Source: an uncultured Gammaproteobacteria bacterium (GTDB lineage: Bacteria; Pseudomonadota; Gammaproteobacteria; Xanthomonadales; Xanthomonadaceae). From it: a stretch of 64,000 nt of DNA. The DNA lies in assembly GCA_964640525.1 (NCBI GenBank), contig CAZXGS010000008.1, positions 7,174 to 71,173 of the forward strand. The letters are read 5' to 3'. The notes under the pieces were generated by a model. The model was not told the origin of the DNA. It saw nothing but the letters and a program-made list of their open reading frames with translations, and searched no databases. Positions 8,367-17,664 of this stretch are shown one piece after another (position 1 is the stretch's first letter; the number at the start of each line of letters is the position of its first letter). The translations under genes and the position numbers were made by a program.

Positions 8367-9292
8367 CCCGGCCGCAGCGCCGTCGGTGGCGTGCCGTCGA
8401 TCGCAACGTCGACCTGGAAATAATGGCCGCGGCCCCACTCGGCCTTGGCTTCCGGCGCCCCGCCGATGGCGCTGACGTGGCCGGCCATGCGCCGGCCCGG
8501 CCAGGCATCGAACACCAAGCCCACGCGCTCACCCACGCGCAGGCCGGCGCGGTCGGACTCGATCACCCACGCACGCACTGCCATCGGACCGGCGCCGACC
8601 ACTTCGCCGATCTCGCGACCGGGGAAACTCGATGCGCCCTCGTCGATCCGGCCGCCATTCTCGCTCTCGCTGTCGAACGCATGCAGCAGCACGCCATCGC
8701 GGTCCGCAACCACCTGCGCCATGCCGACCTGGGTGCCGGCATAGTCGGCCTGGAGGGTCAGGTTGGCGACTTCCAGCTTGCCGTCCTCGACCCGTCGCGC
8801 GACTGCCGTCTGCGCCGCCGCCAGTTCCTTGCGCTTCAGCGCCAACTCGTTTTTCGCCCGCAGCGCCTGGCCCTGGTAGCGGTCGTAGTCCAGCGCCGAG
8901 ATCAACTGCCGCGGGATCGCCGCATCCACCTGTGCGTCGTCGAGCGCGGCCTGCGCATCCACCTGCGCGATCTGCGCGTCCACGACCTTGACCTTCAGCG
9001 CCGCGACTTCCTTGTCGACGCGCGCCTGCGCCTGCTCGATCTGCGCCTTGGCGTCGCGCACCAGGGTGGCGAACTGGCCCGGGTCGATCCGCACCAGCAC
9101 CTCGCCCTTGCGCACCCGCGAGCCGTCGGGCAGGTAATAGCGCAACACCACCGGCGAGGAATTCGACGGCGGGGTGTAGAGGATCTGGGCATCGACCGCG
9201 CGCACCTGCCCGGTGAGCAGGGTCGTCGCCGGGGCCGCCGACGGCAGCGCCAGCAGCAGCGTCAGCGCCACCGCGTCAGGCCGCCGAATCAT
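8306..9292 (-). CDS. HlyD/MFP-family periplasmic adaptor (adaptor 1 of 3)
   Basis: Track ORF 8306..9334 trimmed to ATG 9292 (MIRRPDAVALTLLLALPSAAPA). Lipoyl-like GSRVRKGEVLVRIDPGQ and coiled-coil AQIEQAQARVDKEVAALKVKVVDAQIAQVDAQ. Its start overlaps the ATPase stop by 17 nt. Confidence 0.8.
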   Translation of the reverse strand: MIRRPDAVALTLLLALPSAAPATTLLTGQVRAVDAQILYTPPSNSSPVVLRYYLPDGSRVRKGEVLVRIDPGQFATLVRDAKAQIEQAQARVDKEVAALKVKVVDAQIAQVDAQAALDDAQVDAAIPRQLISALDYDRYQGQALRAKNELALKRKELAAAQTAVARRVEDGKLEVANLTLQADYAGTQVGMAQVVADRDGVLLHAFDSESENGGRIDEGASSFPGREIGEVVGAGPMAVRAWVIESDRAGLRVGERVGLVFDAWPGRRMAGHVSAIGGAPEAKAEWGRGHYFQVDVAIDGTPPTALRPGMSVRVEVGSAPADGGKGHA

Positions 9293-9950
9293 GGTCCACC
9301 TTGCCATCGCGCAAACGGATCTCGCGTTGCGCACGCGCGGCCACCTCGGCGTCGTGGGTGACCAGGACGATGGTCTGGCCGCCGGCGTGCAATTCCTCGA
9401 ACAAGCCCAGCACGTCGCCGGCGCTGCGCGAATCGAGGTTGCCGGTGGGCTCGTCGGCCAGCAGCAGGGCCGGCTGCATGACCAGCGCGCGGGCGATCGC
9501 GGCGCGTTGCATCTGCCCGCCGGACAACTCGCCGGGGCGATGGTCGGTGCGCGCGGCCAGCCCGACCCGCGCGAGCAGGCCGCGCGCCCGCTCGCGCGCG
9601 TCCGGGTCGGGGGTGCGCGCGAAGCGCAGCGGCAGCAGCACGTTCTCGAGCACGCTCAGGCGCGGCAACAAGTGGAAGGACTGGAACACGAAACCGATCC
9701 GGCGATTGCGCAATTCGCTGGCGGCCTCGTCGTCGAGGCTCGCCACGTCGTGCTCCTCCAGCCGGTAACGGCCCTCGTCGGGCCGATCCAGACAGCCGAG
9801 CAGGTTGAGCAGGCTGGACTTGCCCGAGCCCGAGGCGCCGGTGATCGCGACGAACTGGCCGCGACCGATGCCCAGGTCGATCCCGGCCAGCGCGTGCACG
9901 GTCGCCCCGCTCATCGCGTAGCGGCGGTGGATGCCGGTGAGTTCGATCAT
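9276..9950 (-). CDS. ABC transporter ATP-binding protein, MacB/LolD-like
   Basis: Track ORF 9276..10079 trimmed to ATG 9950 (MIELTGIHRRY); the upstream part is REP translation. Walker A GASGSGKSSLLN, signature LSGGQMQRAAIARAL, Walker B LLLADEPTGNLD. Confidence 0.92.
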   Translation of the reverse strand: MIELTGIHRRYAMSGATVHALAGIDLGIGRGQFVAITGASGSGKSSLLNLLGCLDRPDEGRYRLEEHDVASLDDEAASELRNRRIGFVFQSFHLLPRLSVLENVLLPLRFARTPDPDARERARGLLARVGLAARTDHRPGELSGGQMQRAAIARALVMQPALLLADEPTGNLDSRSAGDVLGLFEELHAGGQTIVLVTHDAEVAARAQREIRLRDGKVDHDSAA

Positions 9951-10000
9951 GGCGGGAGAATTGGCGTGGGCATCGACGTGTGGGGGCGAACGCTGCGGAT

Positions 10001-10560
10001 CGCAACTGCGGGCAAAGTCATGGTTGCAGCCGCTCGTGGTTCGACAGGCCTGTCCTGAGCCTGGCGAAGGGCTCACCACGAACGGGAAATTCGACAGGCC
10101 TGTCCTGAGCCTGACGAAGGGCTCACCACGAACGGGAAGCTCGACAGGCTTGCCCTGAGCTTGGCGAAGGGCTCACCATGAATGGGGATGGCGACAGGCT
10201 CTGCACAAAGGGAGATGGCAAGGGGGATGGCGACAGGCTCAAGACGAACCTGGTATCCGAAGTCCGTTCGTGGTGAGCAGGATCGGTCGAGAACGAAGTT
10301 CGAGCCGATCCGTGTCGAACCACTTGCGTGATGGGCCGAATCTTGCCGATCGCGGGCAAGGCGCACGCGGCGCGTGGTCGCGGGCAGGGTCATGGTCGCA
10401 GCCGCTCGTGGTTCGACAGGCCTGTCCTGAGCCTGACGAAGGGCTCACCACGAACGGATACCGCGACAAGCCTGTCCTGAGCATGCCGAAGGGCTCACCA
10501 CGAACGAAAAATTCGACAAACCCGTCCAGAGCTTGGCGAAGGGCTCACCACGAACGGAGT
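10001..10560. repeat. modular REP array B (same family as array A)
   Basis: 50-bp units start at 10041, 10091 and 10141, and again at 10413, 10463 and 10513. Head module at about 10330. Lies between the tkt stop and the ABC ATPase start. Confidence 0.85.
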
Positions 10561-10665
10561 TGACGGGCTCGACACCGGCGTGCGCCAAGGCGACAGCAGG
10601 CTGGTTCGACATGCTCCGCATCCGCACCGGCCGGGTCGATGTCAGCCGCTTCGATTCCCGCACCA

Positions 10666-12669
10666 TCAGCGCAGCGCCAACGCCGCTTCGACCACCTTCT
10701 CGACGCTGAAGCCGAAGTACGGGAACAGCACCTCCGCCGGCGCCGAGGCGCCGTAGCTGTCGATACCGATCACCGCGCCGTCCAGGCCCACGTACTTGCG
10801 CCAGTAGTCGGACACGCCGGCTTCGATCGCCACGCGTTTGCGGCACCAGCCGGGCAACACGCCTTCGCGCCACTCCAGCGGTTGGCGGTCGAACGCTTCG
10901 GTGCACGGCATCGACACCAGCCGTGCCTTGACGCCCTTCGCGGCCAGCGCGACCGCGGCTTGGCGGGCCAGTTCGACCTCCGAGCCGGTGGCGATCAGGA
11001 TCAGGTCGAAACGCGCTTCCGGCGGATCGCTGAGGACGTAACCGCCGCGCGCGATATCAGCCAGCATGGCCTCCGGGCGGTGCTGGTGGGCCAGCTTCTG
11101 GCGGGTGAACACCAGCGCGCTCGGTCCTTGGCGATGTTCGATCGCCGCCTTCCACGCCACCGCCGATTCGACCGCGTCGCAGGGGCGCCACAGGTCGAGG
11201 TTGGGGATGTGGCGCAACGACGCCAGATGCTCGATCGGCTGGTGGGTGGGGCCGTCCTCGCCCAGCCCGATCGAGTCGTGGGTATAGACGTGGATGGAAT
11301 GCGCAGGGTTGATCGCGCTCATGCGCACGCCGTTGCGCGCGTAGTCGGAGAACACCAGGAAGGTGGCGTCATACGGCAGGAAGCCGCCATGCAGGGCCAG
11401 CCCGGTGGAGATCGCGGTCATCCCGAACTCGCGCACGCCGTAATGGATGTAGTTGCCGACCACCGTCTCGTCGAGGACGTTCTTCGAGCCTTTCCAGATC
11501 GTCAGGTTGGACTCGGCCAGATCCGCCGAGCCGCCGATCAACTCCGGCAGCAGCGGGCCGTAGGCGTCCAGCGCCATCTGCGAGGCCTTGCGGGTAGCGA
11601 CCTCGGGCCCGGCGACTTGTGTTTGCGCGATGTAGGCATCGGCGGCGGCGGCGAAGCCTTCCGGCAATTCGGCGTGCGAGCGGCGCACCAGTTCGGCGGC
11701 CAACCCGGGGTATTGCTGCGCGTAACGATCGAACAGGCCGTTCCACGCATCCTCGCGGACGCGCCCGGTGTTTACCGCGCGCCAGCCGTCGTAGATGGCC
11801 TGCGGAATCTCGAACGGCGGATACGGCCAGCCCAGGTTGGCGCGCGCGGCGGCGATCTCGTCGGCGCCCAGCGGCGAGCCGTGGGCATGCTCGCTGTCCT
11901 GCTTGTGCGGCGCGCCGTAGCCGATGATGGTGCGGCAGCAGATCAGACTCGGTTTTTCGGTTTCCGCCTGCGCATGCAGGATGGCTTCGCGGATGGACGT
12001 GGCGTCCAGCCCGTCGACATCGCGGATGACATGCCAACCGTAGGCTTCGAAGCGCGCCGGGGTGTCGTCGCCGAACCAGCCCTGGGTATGGCCGTCGATG
12101 GAGATGTGGTTGTTGTCCCAGAACGCCACCAGCTTGCCGAGGCCGAAGGTGCCGGCCAGCGAGGCAGCCTCGTGGGACACGCCTTCCATCATGCAGCCGT
12201 CGCCCATGAACACCCAGGTCATGTGATCGACGATCTCGAACTCGGGCCGGTTGAACTGTCGCGCCAGCAGCTTCTCGGCCAGCGCGAAACCGACCGCGTT
12301 GGCGAAGCCCTGGCTGAGCGGGCCGGTGGTGGTCTCCACGCCGGGGGTGTGGCCGTGCTCGGGATGGCCGGGAGTCTTCGAATGCAGCTGGCGGAAATTC
12401 TTGAGCTGCTCCATCGGCAGGTCGTAGCCGGAAAGGTGCAGGCAGGCGTACTGCAGCATCGAGCCGTGGCCGTTGGAGAGGATGAAGCGGTCGCGGTTGA
12501 ACCACTTCGGGTTGGCCGGGTTGTGGCGCAGGAAATCGTTCCACAGCACCTCGGCGATGTCGGCCATGCCCATCGGCATGCCCGGGTGGCCTGACTTGGC
12601 CTTCTGCACCGCGTCGGCGGACAGGAAGCGGATGGCGTTGGCGAGTTCGCGGCGAGTGGGCTGGGTCAT
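10666..12669 (-). CDS. tkt: transketolase
   Basis: Track ORF 10666..13005 trimmed to ATG 12669 ([34 protein letters not shown]...). Full-length match to transketolase motifs ([24 protein letters not shown]). Confidence 0.95.
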   Translation of the reverse strand: MTQPTRRELANAIRFLSADAVQKAKSGHPGMPMGMADIAEVLWNDFLRHNPANPKWFNRDRFILSNGHGSMLQYACLHLSGYDLPMEQLKNFRQLHSKTPGHPEHGHTPGVETTTGPLSQGFANAVGFALAEKLLARQFNRPEFEIVDHMTWVFMGDGCMMEGVSHEAASLAGTFGLGKLVAFWDNNHISIDGHTQGWFGDDTPARFEAYGWHVIRDVDGLDATSIREAILHAQAETEKPSLICCRTIIGYGAPHKQDSEHAHGSPLGADEIAAARANLGWPYPPFEIPQAIYDGWRAVNTGRVREDAWNGLFDRYAQQYPGLAAELVRRSHAELPEGFAAAADAYIAQTQVAGPEVATRKASQMALDAYGPLLPELIGGSADLAESNLTIWKGSKNVLDETVVGNYIHYGVREFGMTAISTGLALHGGFLPYDATFLVFSDYARNGVRMSAINPAHSIHVYTHDSIGLGEDGPTHQPIEHLASLRHIPNLDLWRPCDAVESAVAWKAAIEHRQGPSALVFTRQKLAHQHRPEAMLADIARGGYVLSDPPEARFDLILIATGSEVELARQAAVALAAKGVKARLVSMPCTEAFDRQPLEWREGVLPGWCRKRVAIEAGVSDYWRKYVGLDGAVIGIDSYGASAPAEVLFPYFGFSVEKVVEAALALR

Positions 12670-12693
12670 GGTCGGCGTCGTGGTGCCTTGGAG

Positions 12694-12728
12694 CCCCTCT
12701 CCCACCGGGAGAGGGGTTGGGGTGAGGG
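12694..12728. repeat. REP-like palindromic element, family A (cccctctcccaccgggagaggggttggggtgaggg)
   Basis: Perfect hairpin cccctctccc/gggagagggg. Copies at 45789-45824 and, as a variant, 63472-63514. Each is followed 45-100 bp later by a family B element. Confidence 0.75.
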
Positions 12729-12773
12729 AAGATTGTGACCGGTCGCGAGGCGCAGCGTCCGGGCGAGGGCCTG

Positions 12774-12818
12774 CCCTCATCCGGCGCTTCGCGCCACCTT
12801 CTTCCGGCGGGAGAAGGG
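12774..12818. repeat. REP-like palindromic element, family B
   Basis: ccctcatccggcgcttcgcgccaccttcttccggcgggagaaggg; see 1186-1228. Confidence 0.7.
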
Positions 12819-12854
12819 ATGCCATTGTCCCATTCCTGCCCGGTGCTGTCGTGC

Positions 12855-14621
12855 TCAATCCGGATACAGTGGCGGCAAGCCTTCCCGCGCTGCCTGCGCA
12901 CCCGCCGGGTCGAGCCAGCGCGGCCGCTTGGCGAACGCCGCGCGCAAGGCCGCCAGTGCCTGCGCCGAGGGCTGGCCGTCGGCGCTCCAGCGCGAGCTTT
13001 CGCAAGCCTTCAAGGCGGTGCGCTGGGCCGGATCGGCCAGGCGCTGCTGCAAGGCATCGAGGTCGCGGGGTCGCGGTGACGGCGCGCTCTCACGCAGGAT
13101 GCGCACGACCAACGCCACGTCGCCCAGCGCCAGCGCAGCATCCAGCTTCGGCAGCACCGGCGCATCGGCGCCCGAAATCGGGCTTGCTTCCTCGTCGCGC
13201 GGGCGCCGCCGGCCCCAGGCCAGGGTCAGGACGAGGATCAACGCCAGAACCGCCGCCGCGCCCTGCCACCAGCGCAACATCGGATTGGGCTGCAACTCGC
13301 CCCGTGCATGCGCAGCCATCGGCGCCGATGCCGGTGCGGGCGCGACGCCGGTGGTGGGCGGGCCAGCGGGCACGGTTCCCGCACCAGGCTGCACCTGCAA
13401 CAGCGGCAGGCGGGTCTGCGCCACCTGTGAGCGGTCGTGGACCACGTCCCACCACGGCAGCGACAGTACCGGCAACTGCAGGGTTCCAGCTTGTGCCGGC
13501 ACGATCGCGAAGCGCCGCGTGCGCTCGGCGTGCAGGGTGTCGCCGGTCAAGGCCTGGGTAGTGGTCGAGGGTTCCGGGTACACCTGCGCGCCGGGAATCG
13601 CTGGCAGTTCGATCTCCGGCAACTGCGTGGCGGCCACACCGTCGGCCGTCTCGTGGAGTACGAGTTCGAACGGCTCGCCGGCACGCGGCGCGGTCGTGGG
13701 CGCATCCACCACCCACCCCACGGATTGCGCCGGCAGCCACGGCTCCCCCGCCTGCGCCGGACGTGCCCGCACCGTCAGCGCGATCGCCCGGCCGGTCGCG
13801 CGCAGGGTACGCAAGCCACCCATGCCGACGAAGGCATCGTCGAAGGCGTTGCCGGGGTCCTGGGTCGGGTCGACGATGGCCTGGCCTTGGAACACCGGCG
13901 CCGGGATGTGCGCGCTGCCGCTGTGCTCGGGCACCAGCAGGTAATGTCGCTCGATGACGACGTAGTTGCGACCATCCACCACCGCGCTGTCGCGCTGGTC
14001 CGGCCCGATCTGGCGCAGGTCACCATTGTCACCCGCGGGCAGGTCGAGCGAACCGCCGAACAGGTTCACCGCGTAGTACAGACGCAGGGTATAGACCACG
14101 GCCTGGCCGACGTAGGGATCGGTCTGCGCCACCGAACCGACGACGAAGGCAGGATCCCCGGGCTTGCCGGCGTGCACGGGTGCGGCGCCGGCCTGGCCCG
14201 GGGTCGTCGCCATCGCACCGCTGGCCGTGGGCGCCGCATCGACCTGGACGCGTAGCAGGTTCGTGGATTCGGTTCCGACAGTGAGCGGCGGAATCTCGAT
14301 CAGGCCGGCGTGGCGCGGCGTCATCGTCACCGACCATTGCTGGCTGGATTGCATCGCGCCATTGATGATCGTGGTCTGGCTGCCGGTGGACTCGCCCAGC
14401 AATTCGAAGTCCTTTTGCAGTGGCGCAAGCTCCGGCTTGGCAGACGAGCGATCACTGCTCAGGGTCAGGGTGATCGTTTGACCCAAGGCAATGTGATCGC
14501 GGTCCAGCGACGCGCGCACCGCCGCGCTGGCGTGCAGGACACCGCACAGGCCGAGCACGGCGCATGCGATGCGCAGGGCCGGACGGGCGAACGCTGGTTT
14601 GCGTGGACGACCAGAATTCAT
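12855..14621 (-). CDS. batD: BatD-family protein (oxygen-tolerance operon component)
   Basis: 588 aa. Signal peptide, BatD-like N-terminal region ([17 protein letters not shown]...), a C-terminal TM segment and tail. Last gene of the moxR-bat operon, with an ATGA overlap to batB/C. Confidence 0.75.
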   Translation of the reverse strand: MNSGRPRKPAFARPALRIACAVLGLCGVLHASAAVRASLDRDHIALGQTITLTLSSDRSSAKPELAPLQKDFELLGESTGSQTTIINGAMQSSQQWSVTMTPRHAGLIEIPPLTVGTESTNLLRVQVDAAPTASGAMATTPGQAGAAPVHAGKPGDPAFVVGSVAQTDPYVGQAVVYTLRLYYAVNLFGGSLDLPAGDNGDLRQIGPDQRDSAVVDGRNYVVIERHYLLVPEHSGSAHIPAPVFQGQAIVDPTQDPGNAFDDAFVGMGGLRTLRATGRAIALTVRARPAQAGEPWLPAQSVGWVVDAPTTAPRAGEPFELVLHETADGVAATQLPEIELPAIPGAQVYPEPSTTTQALTGDTLHAERTRRFAIVPAQAGTLQLPVLSLPWWDVVHDRSQVAQTRLPLLQVQPGAGTVPAGPPTTGVAPAPASAPMAAHARGELQPNPMLRWWQGAAAVLALILVLTLAWGRRRPRDEEASPISGADAPVLPKLDAALALGDVALVVRILRESAPSPRPRDLDALQQRLADPAQRTALKACESSRWSADGQPSAQALAALRAAFAKRPRWLDPAGAQAAREGLPPLYPD

Positions 14622-16663
14622 CGCGAGTCTCCCTGTTGCCGACGCTGGTACTCGAGCCAGAACTTGCGCTTGAGCAGCGCGCCCGGATCGTCCGGCACGC
14701 GTTGCAGCAGACGTTCGTCGGCCTGTTGTCGCTCGCGCTGCGCGGTGGACGGGATGCTCGCCAGAGCCTGCTTGCGATCGCCATGATCCTTCCGGCCCAG
14801 CGCCTGCCGCATCGCGCGCTGCTGCGCGGCATCGGCAGCCGCCTGCCGCGCGGCATCGGGCCTTGGTTGCGTCGCCTGCGCTTGCTGCGCGGCTGCGGAC
14901 GCGTCCTTGCCGTGGTCGGATGGCGGCGAGGCGGTCGCTGCCTGCGCTTGCTGCGGCGGCTTCCGGGGGGCTTGCTGTTGTTGTTGAGCTTGTTGTTGTT
15001 GAGCTTGTTGTTGTTGAGCTTGTTGTTGTTGAGCTTGTTGCTGTTGGGCTTGTCGCTGTTGGGCTTGTCGCTGTTGGGCTTGCTGCTGTTGGGCTTGCTG
15101 CTGTTGGGCTTGCTGCTGTTGGGCTTGCTGCTGTTGACCTTGCTGCTGTTGGGATTTTTGCTGTTTCGCTTGCAGCTGTTGCGCTTGCTGTTGCTGCGCC
15201 TGTTGTCGTTGCGACGGCTGCTGTCGCTTGTTCCGTGCCTGCGCCTGCCTCGAGTCGGATGAAGACTGCTGCGGCGGCGGCTTGCGCTGGGCCAGCAGCT
15301 TGCGTACCGCTTCAATGTTGGCCTTTGCATCGGCCATGCCCGGCTGCTGCGCCAGCGCGCGCTGCCAAGCTGAAATCGCGTCCTCGTAGCGCTTCATCTT
15401 CGCCAATGCATTGCCACGGTTGTAATCGGCGTCGGCATCGTCGCGAGCGGACCAGTCGGCAACTGCGGCGGCATAGTCGCCGCGCAGGTAAGCGGCAGCC
15501 GCACGCTGCGCGGGGGTTTGCGCCAGCGTGGTCGCTGCCGTGGCATCGCCGGTGCGCAGCGCCTGGTCGGCGCGCTGGTCGCGACGCTGCCACAGGCCGT
15601 TCCAGGCATCCAGCGGCGCCGCACGCACCGGCTGCACCGGCATCACCAGCACGGCCAACAGCACCGCGGCCAGCCAGCCGCGCCGAAACGCCAGCGCCGC
15701 CAGTGGCAGCAGGAGCAGCAGCAGCCACGGCCCGGTATCGCGCCACACCATCGCCTGCGACGATCCCGCGGCAGCCTTTCCTTGCGATGCGACATCGAGC
15801 ACGCCGAGCGACGCCAGATCCTGCCCGGAGGTGTCGATCGGCGCATAAAGACCGCCGCCCGCCGCGGCCAGGTCACGCAGCGCGGCATCGTCGCGCCGCG
15901 CCACCATCACCTGCCCGCCGGCGTCATGGACGAAGGATCCGTTGGCATCCGGCAGCAGCCCGCCCTGCGGGCTGCCGACACCGATCACGTCCACCCGATA
16001 ACCGCGCGCATGCACGCGGCGCGCCATCGCGATGGCCGCCGGATCGGCATCGTCGCTGAGCAACAGGATCCGGCCGCGGGTGAATCCGGCCTGCGACAGC
16101 AGGTCGGCGGCTCGATCCAGCGCGAGGTCGGCGCGCTGACCATCCACCGGCATGGTGTCGGGCGCCAGCGCGACCACCATATCGTCGAGGCTGTGCGCAT
16201 CATCGGAAATCGGCGCCACGGTGAAGGCATCGCCGGCGTAAGCCACCAGCCCCATTTGCCCACCGCGGCGCTGCGCGATCAACTGCTGGACCTTCAGCCG
16301 CTCGCGCAGCGCGCGCGTCGGCGCGAGGTCCGCCACCCGCATGTGCGAGGACATGTCCTCGACCACCACCAACGGCGCCTGGACTTCCCACGTCGCCGTC
16401 GTGGCGCGCTGCCACGCCGGTCCGGCCAGCGCCAGCACGGCGAGGACGTAGCCGACCGCGAACAGCGTCATCGGCCACGCGCGCCGTGCGCCCGGCATGG
16501 TCTGCAGCAGGCTCGGCAACAGGTGGGCATCGACCGCACGCGTCCACGGCGAGTCCGCACGCGCGCGCTGGTGCCAGCGCCACCACAGCAGGGGCAGCGC
16601 GAGCAGGGCCAGCAGCCACCACGGGCGCAGCAGGTGTGGTAACAGCGGCGACAGCGCGTTCAT
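14618..16663 (-). CDS. VWA-domain protein fused to a TPR region (BatB/BatC-like) with a Gln-rich repeat tail
   Basis: Track ORF 14618..16735 trimmed to ATG 16663 (MNALSPLLPHLLRPWW...). Two N-terminal TM helices, a VWA region (VVVEDMSSHM...LLLSDDAD), a TPR-like region (AAAAYLRGDYAAAVADW...YNRGNALAKMKRYEDAISAWQRAL), then QQAQQ repeats. Confidence 0.8.
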   Translation of the reverse strand: MNALSPLLPHLLRPWWLLALLALPLLWWRWHQRARADSPWTRAVDAHLLPSLLQTMPGARRAWPMTLFAVGYVLAVLALAGPAWQRATTATWEVQAPLVVVEDMSSHMRVADLAPTRALRERLKVQQLIAQRRGGQMGLVAYAGDAFTVAPISDDAHSLDDMVVALAPDTMPVDGQRADLALDRAADLLSQAGFTRGRILLLSDDADPAAIAMARRVHARGYRVDVIGVGSPQGGLLPDANGSFVHDAGGQVMVARRDDAALRDLAAAGGGLYAPIDTSGQDLASLGVLDVASQGKAAAGSSQAMVWRDTGPWLLLLLLPLAALAFRRGWLAAVLLAVLVMPVQPVRAAPLDAWNGLWQRRDQRADQALRTGDATAATTLAQTPAQRAAAAYLRGDYAAAVADWSARDDADADYNRGNALAKMKRYEDAISAWQRALAQQPGMADAKANIEAVRKLLAQRKPPPQQSSSDSRQAQARNKRQQPSQRQQAQQQQAQQLQAKQQKSQQQQGQQQQAQQQQAQQQQAQQQQAQQRQAQQRQAQQQQAQQQQAQQQQAQQQQAQQQQQAPRKPPQQAQAATASPPSDHGKDASAAAQQAQATQPRPDAARQAAADAAQQRAMRQALGRKDHGDRKQALASIPSTAQRERQQADERLLQRVPDDPGALLKRKFWLEYQRRQQGDSR
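14971..15213. repeat. about 16 tandem 15-bp coding repeats (QQAQQ pentapeptides) inside the batB/C-like gene
   Basis: Unit cttg(c/t)tg(c/t)tgttg(g/a)g recurs with strict 15-bp phase from 14989 to 15213. Confidence 0.85.
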
Positions 16664-17664
16664 GCCACGACCCTGCGTGGCAGCGGCGCGAGGATCCCGG
16701 CCATCGCCAGCCCCAGCGCGCCGCCGAGGAACCACGGGTACAGTTCGACCCGGGGCCGCTGTGCCTGCTGCGGTTGCAGCACCGGTTCGATGCGGTCGAG
16801 CTGGGCGTAGATTCCGGCCAGGGATTCGGTATCGCGGGCGCGGTAGTAGCGACCGCCGGTCATGCTGGCGATCTTTCCCAACGTGTCCTCGTCCACGCCA
16901 TCGCCCTGCGTCGGCAAGGCCATGCCGAAGAACGACCCTTCGCTGCCGTCGCCGCCGAAGCCGATGGTGTAGATGCGCACATGCTTGGCCGCGGCCAGTT
17001 GCGCCGCCTTCAACGGCGCGATCGCGCCGGCATTGCTGACCCCGTCGGTGAGCAGGATCAGCACGCGATCGGATGCCTTGCCGGCATGCGCGTCGGTGGC
17101 GAGCAGGCGCTTGACCGCGAGCACGATGGCGTCGCCGATCGCGGTGTTGTCGCCCGCCAACCCGGCCTCGCTGCCAAGCAACTGGTCGCGGACGCTGCGC
17201 AGGTCCCAGGTCAGCGGCGTCACCGCGTAGGCATGGGTGCCGAACACCACCAAGCCGACGCGGTCACCGATGCGGCGGGTCAGGAAGTCGCCGAGGACTG
17301 CCTTGATCGCGGTCAGCCGGTCCACCACCTGTCCACCCAACTCCATGTCCTGGCTGCGCATGCTGCCGGACAGGTCCACCGCCAGCATCAGGTCGCGGCC
17401 GCTGCGCGGGGGTTGCACCAGCGGCCCCAATTGCTGCGGACGCGCGGCCGCCACGCACAGCAGCAACCACGCCAGCAACGGCCACCACCGCAGGATTCGC
17501 TCACGGTGGCGGTCCCCGTGGTCGCCGCGCAGGGCGGCGATGGCGGGTGCGAACGGGGCCCGCAGCGCCACCGCGGCGAGCCTCGGCGCGCGCGGAAACC
17601 AGCGCGCGACCAGCCACGGCAACGGCAGCGCCAGGAACACCCACGGCCAGGCAAACTCAGGCAT
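16660..17664 (-). CDS. batA: VWA-domain protein BatA
   Basis: Track ORF 16660..17865 trimmed to ATG 17664 (MPEFAWPWVFLALPLPW). MIDAS-type DLSGSM and LLTDGVSNAG. C-terminal TM helix. Confidence 0.85.
   Translation of the reverse strand: MPEFAWPWVFLALPLPWLVARWFPRAPRLAAVALRAPFAPAIAALRGDHGDRHRERILRWWPLLAWLLLCVAAARPQQLGPLVQPPRSGRDLMLAVDLSGSMRSQDMELGGQVVDRLTAIKAVLGDFLTRRIGDRVGLVVFGTHAYAVTPLTWDLRSVRDQLLGSEAGLAGDNTAIGDAIVLAVKRLLATDAHAGKASDRVLILLTDGVSNAGAIAPLKAAQLAAAKHVRIYTIGFGGDGSEGSFFGMALPTQGDGVDEDTLGKIASMTGGRYYRARDTESLAGIYAQLDRIEPVLQPQQAQRPRVELYPWFLGGALGLAMAGILAPLPRRVVA

Noticed and set aside
8028-8438. Annotating the full 458-aa track ORF (7062..8438) as the adaptor protein
   Set aside because: The part upstream of 8309 overlaps the preceding adaptor gene out of frame. 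The segment 8028-8309 is the duplicated junction. The conservative call is the 8027 start, with the longer in-frame products reported as a finding rather than a feature.
10030-10050. tRNA-like ggttcga motif recurring in intergenic regions
   Set aside because: It is part of the REP unit (gtggttcgacagg). It is not followed by the T-loop/acceptor context, and no cloverleaf can be drawn.
9951-10079. N-terminal extensions in the track for many genes: ATPase 9276..10079, tkt ..13005, acnD ..46021, tadC ..51454, spoT ..37638, batA ..17865 and others
   Set aside because: The extensions run through REP elements or upstream genes, have non-protein-like composition, and the family-typical N-termini start at internal ATG or GTG codons that often overlap the upstream stop.
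10001-10560. Possible CRISPR array, because of regularly spaced 50-bp repeats
   Set aside because: The units abut each other with no unique spacers, are imperfect, occur in two arrays with shared non-repeat modules, and no cas genes are present.
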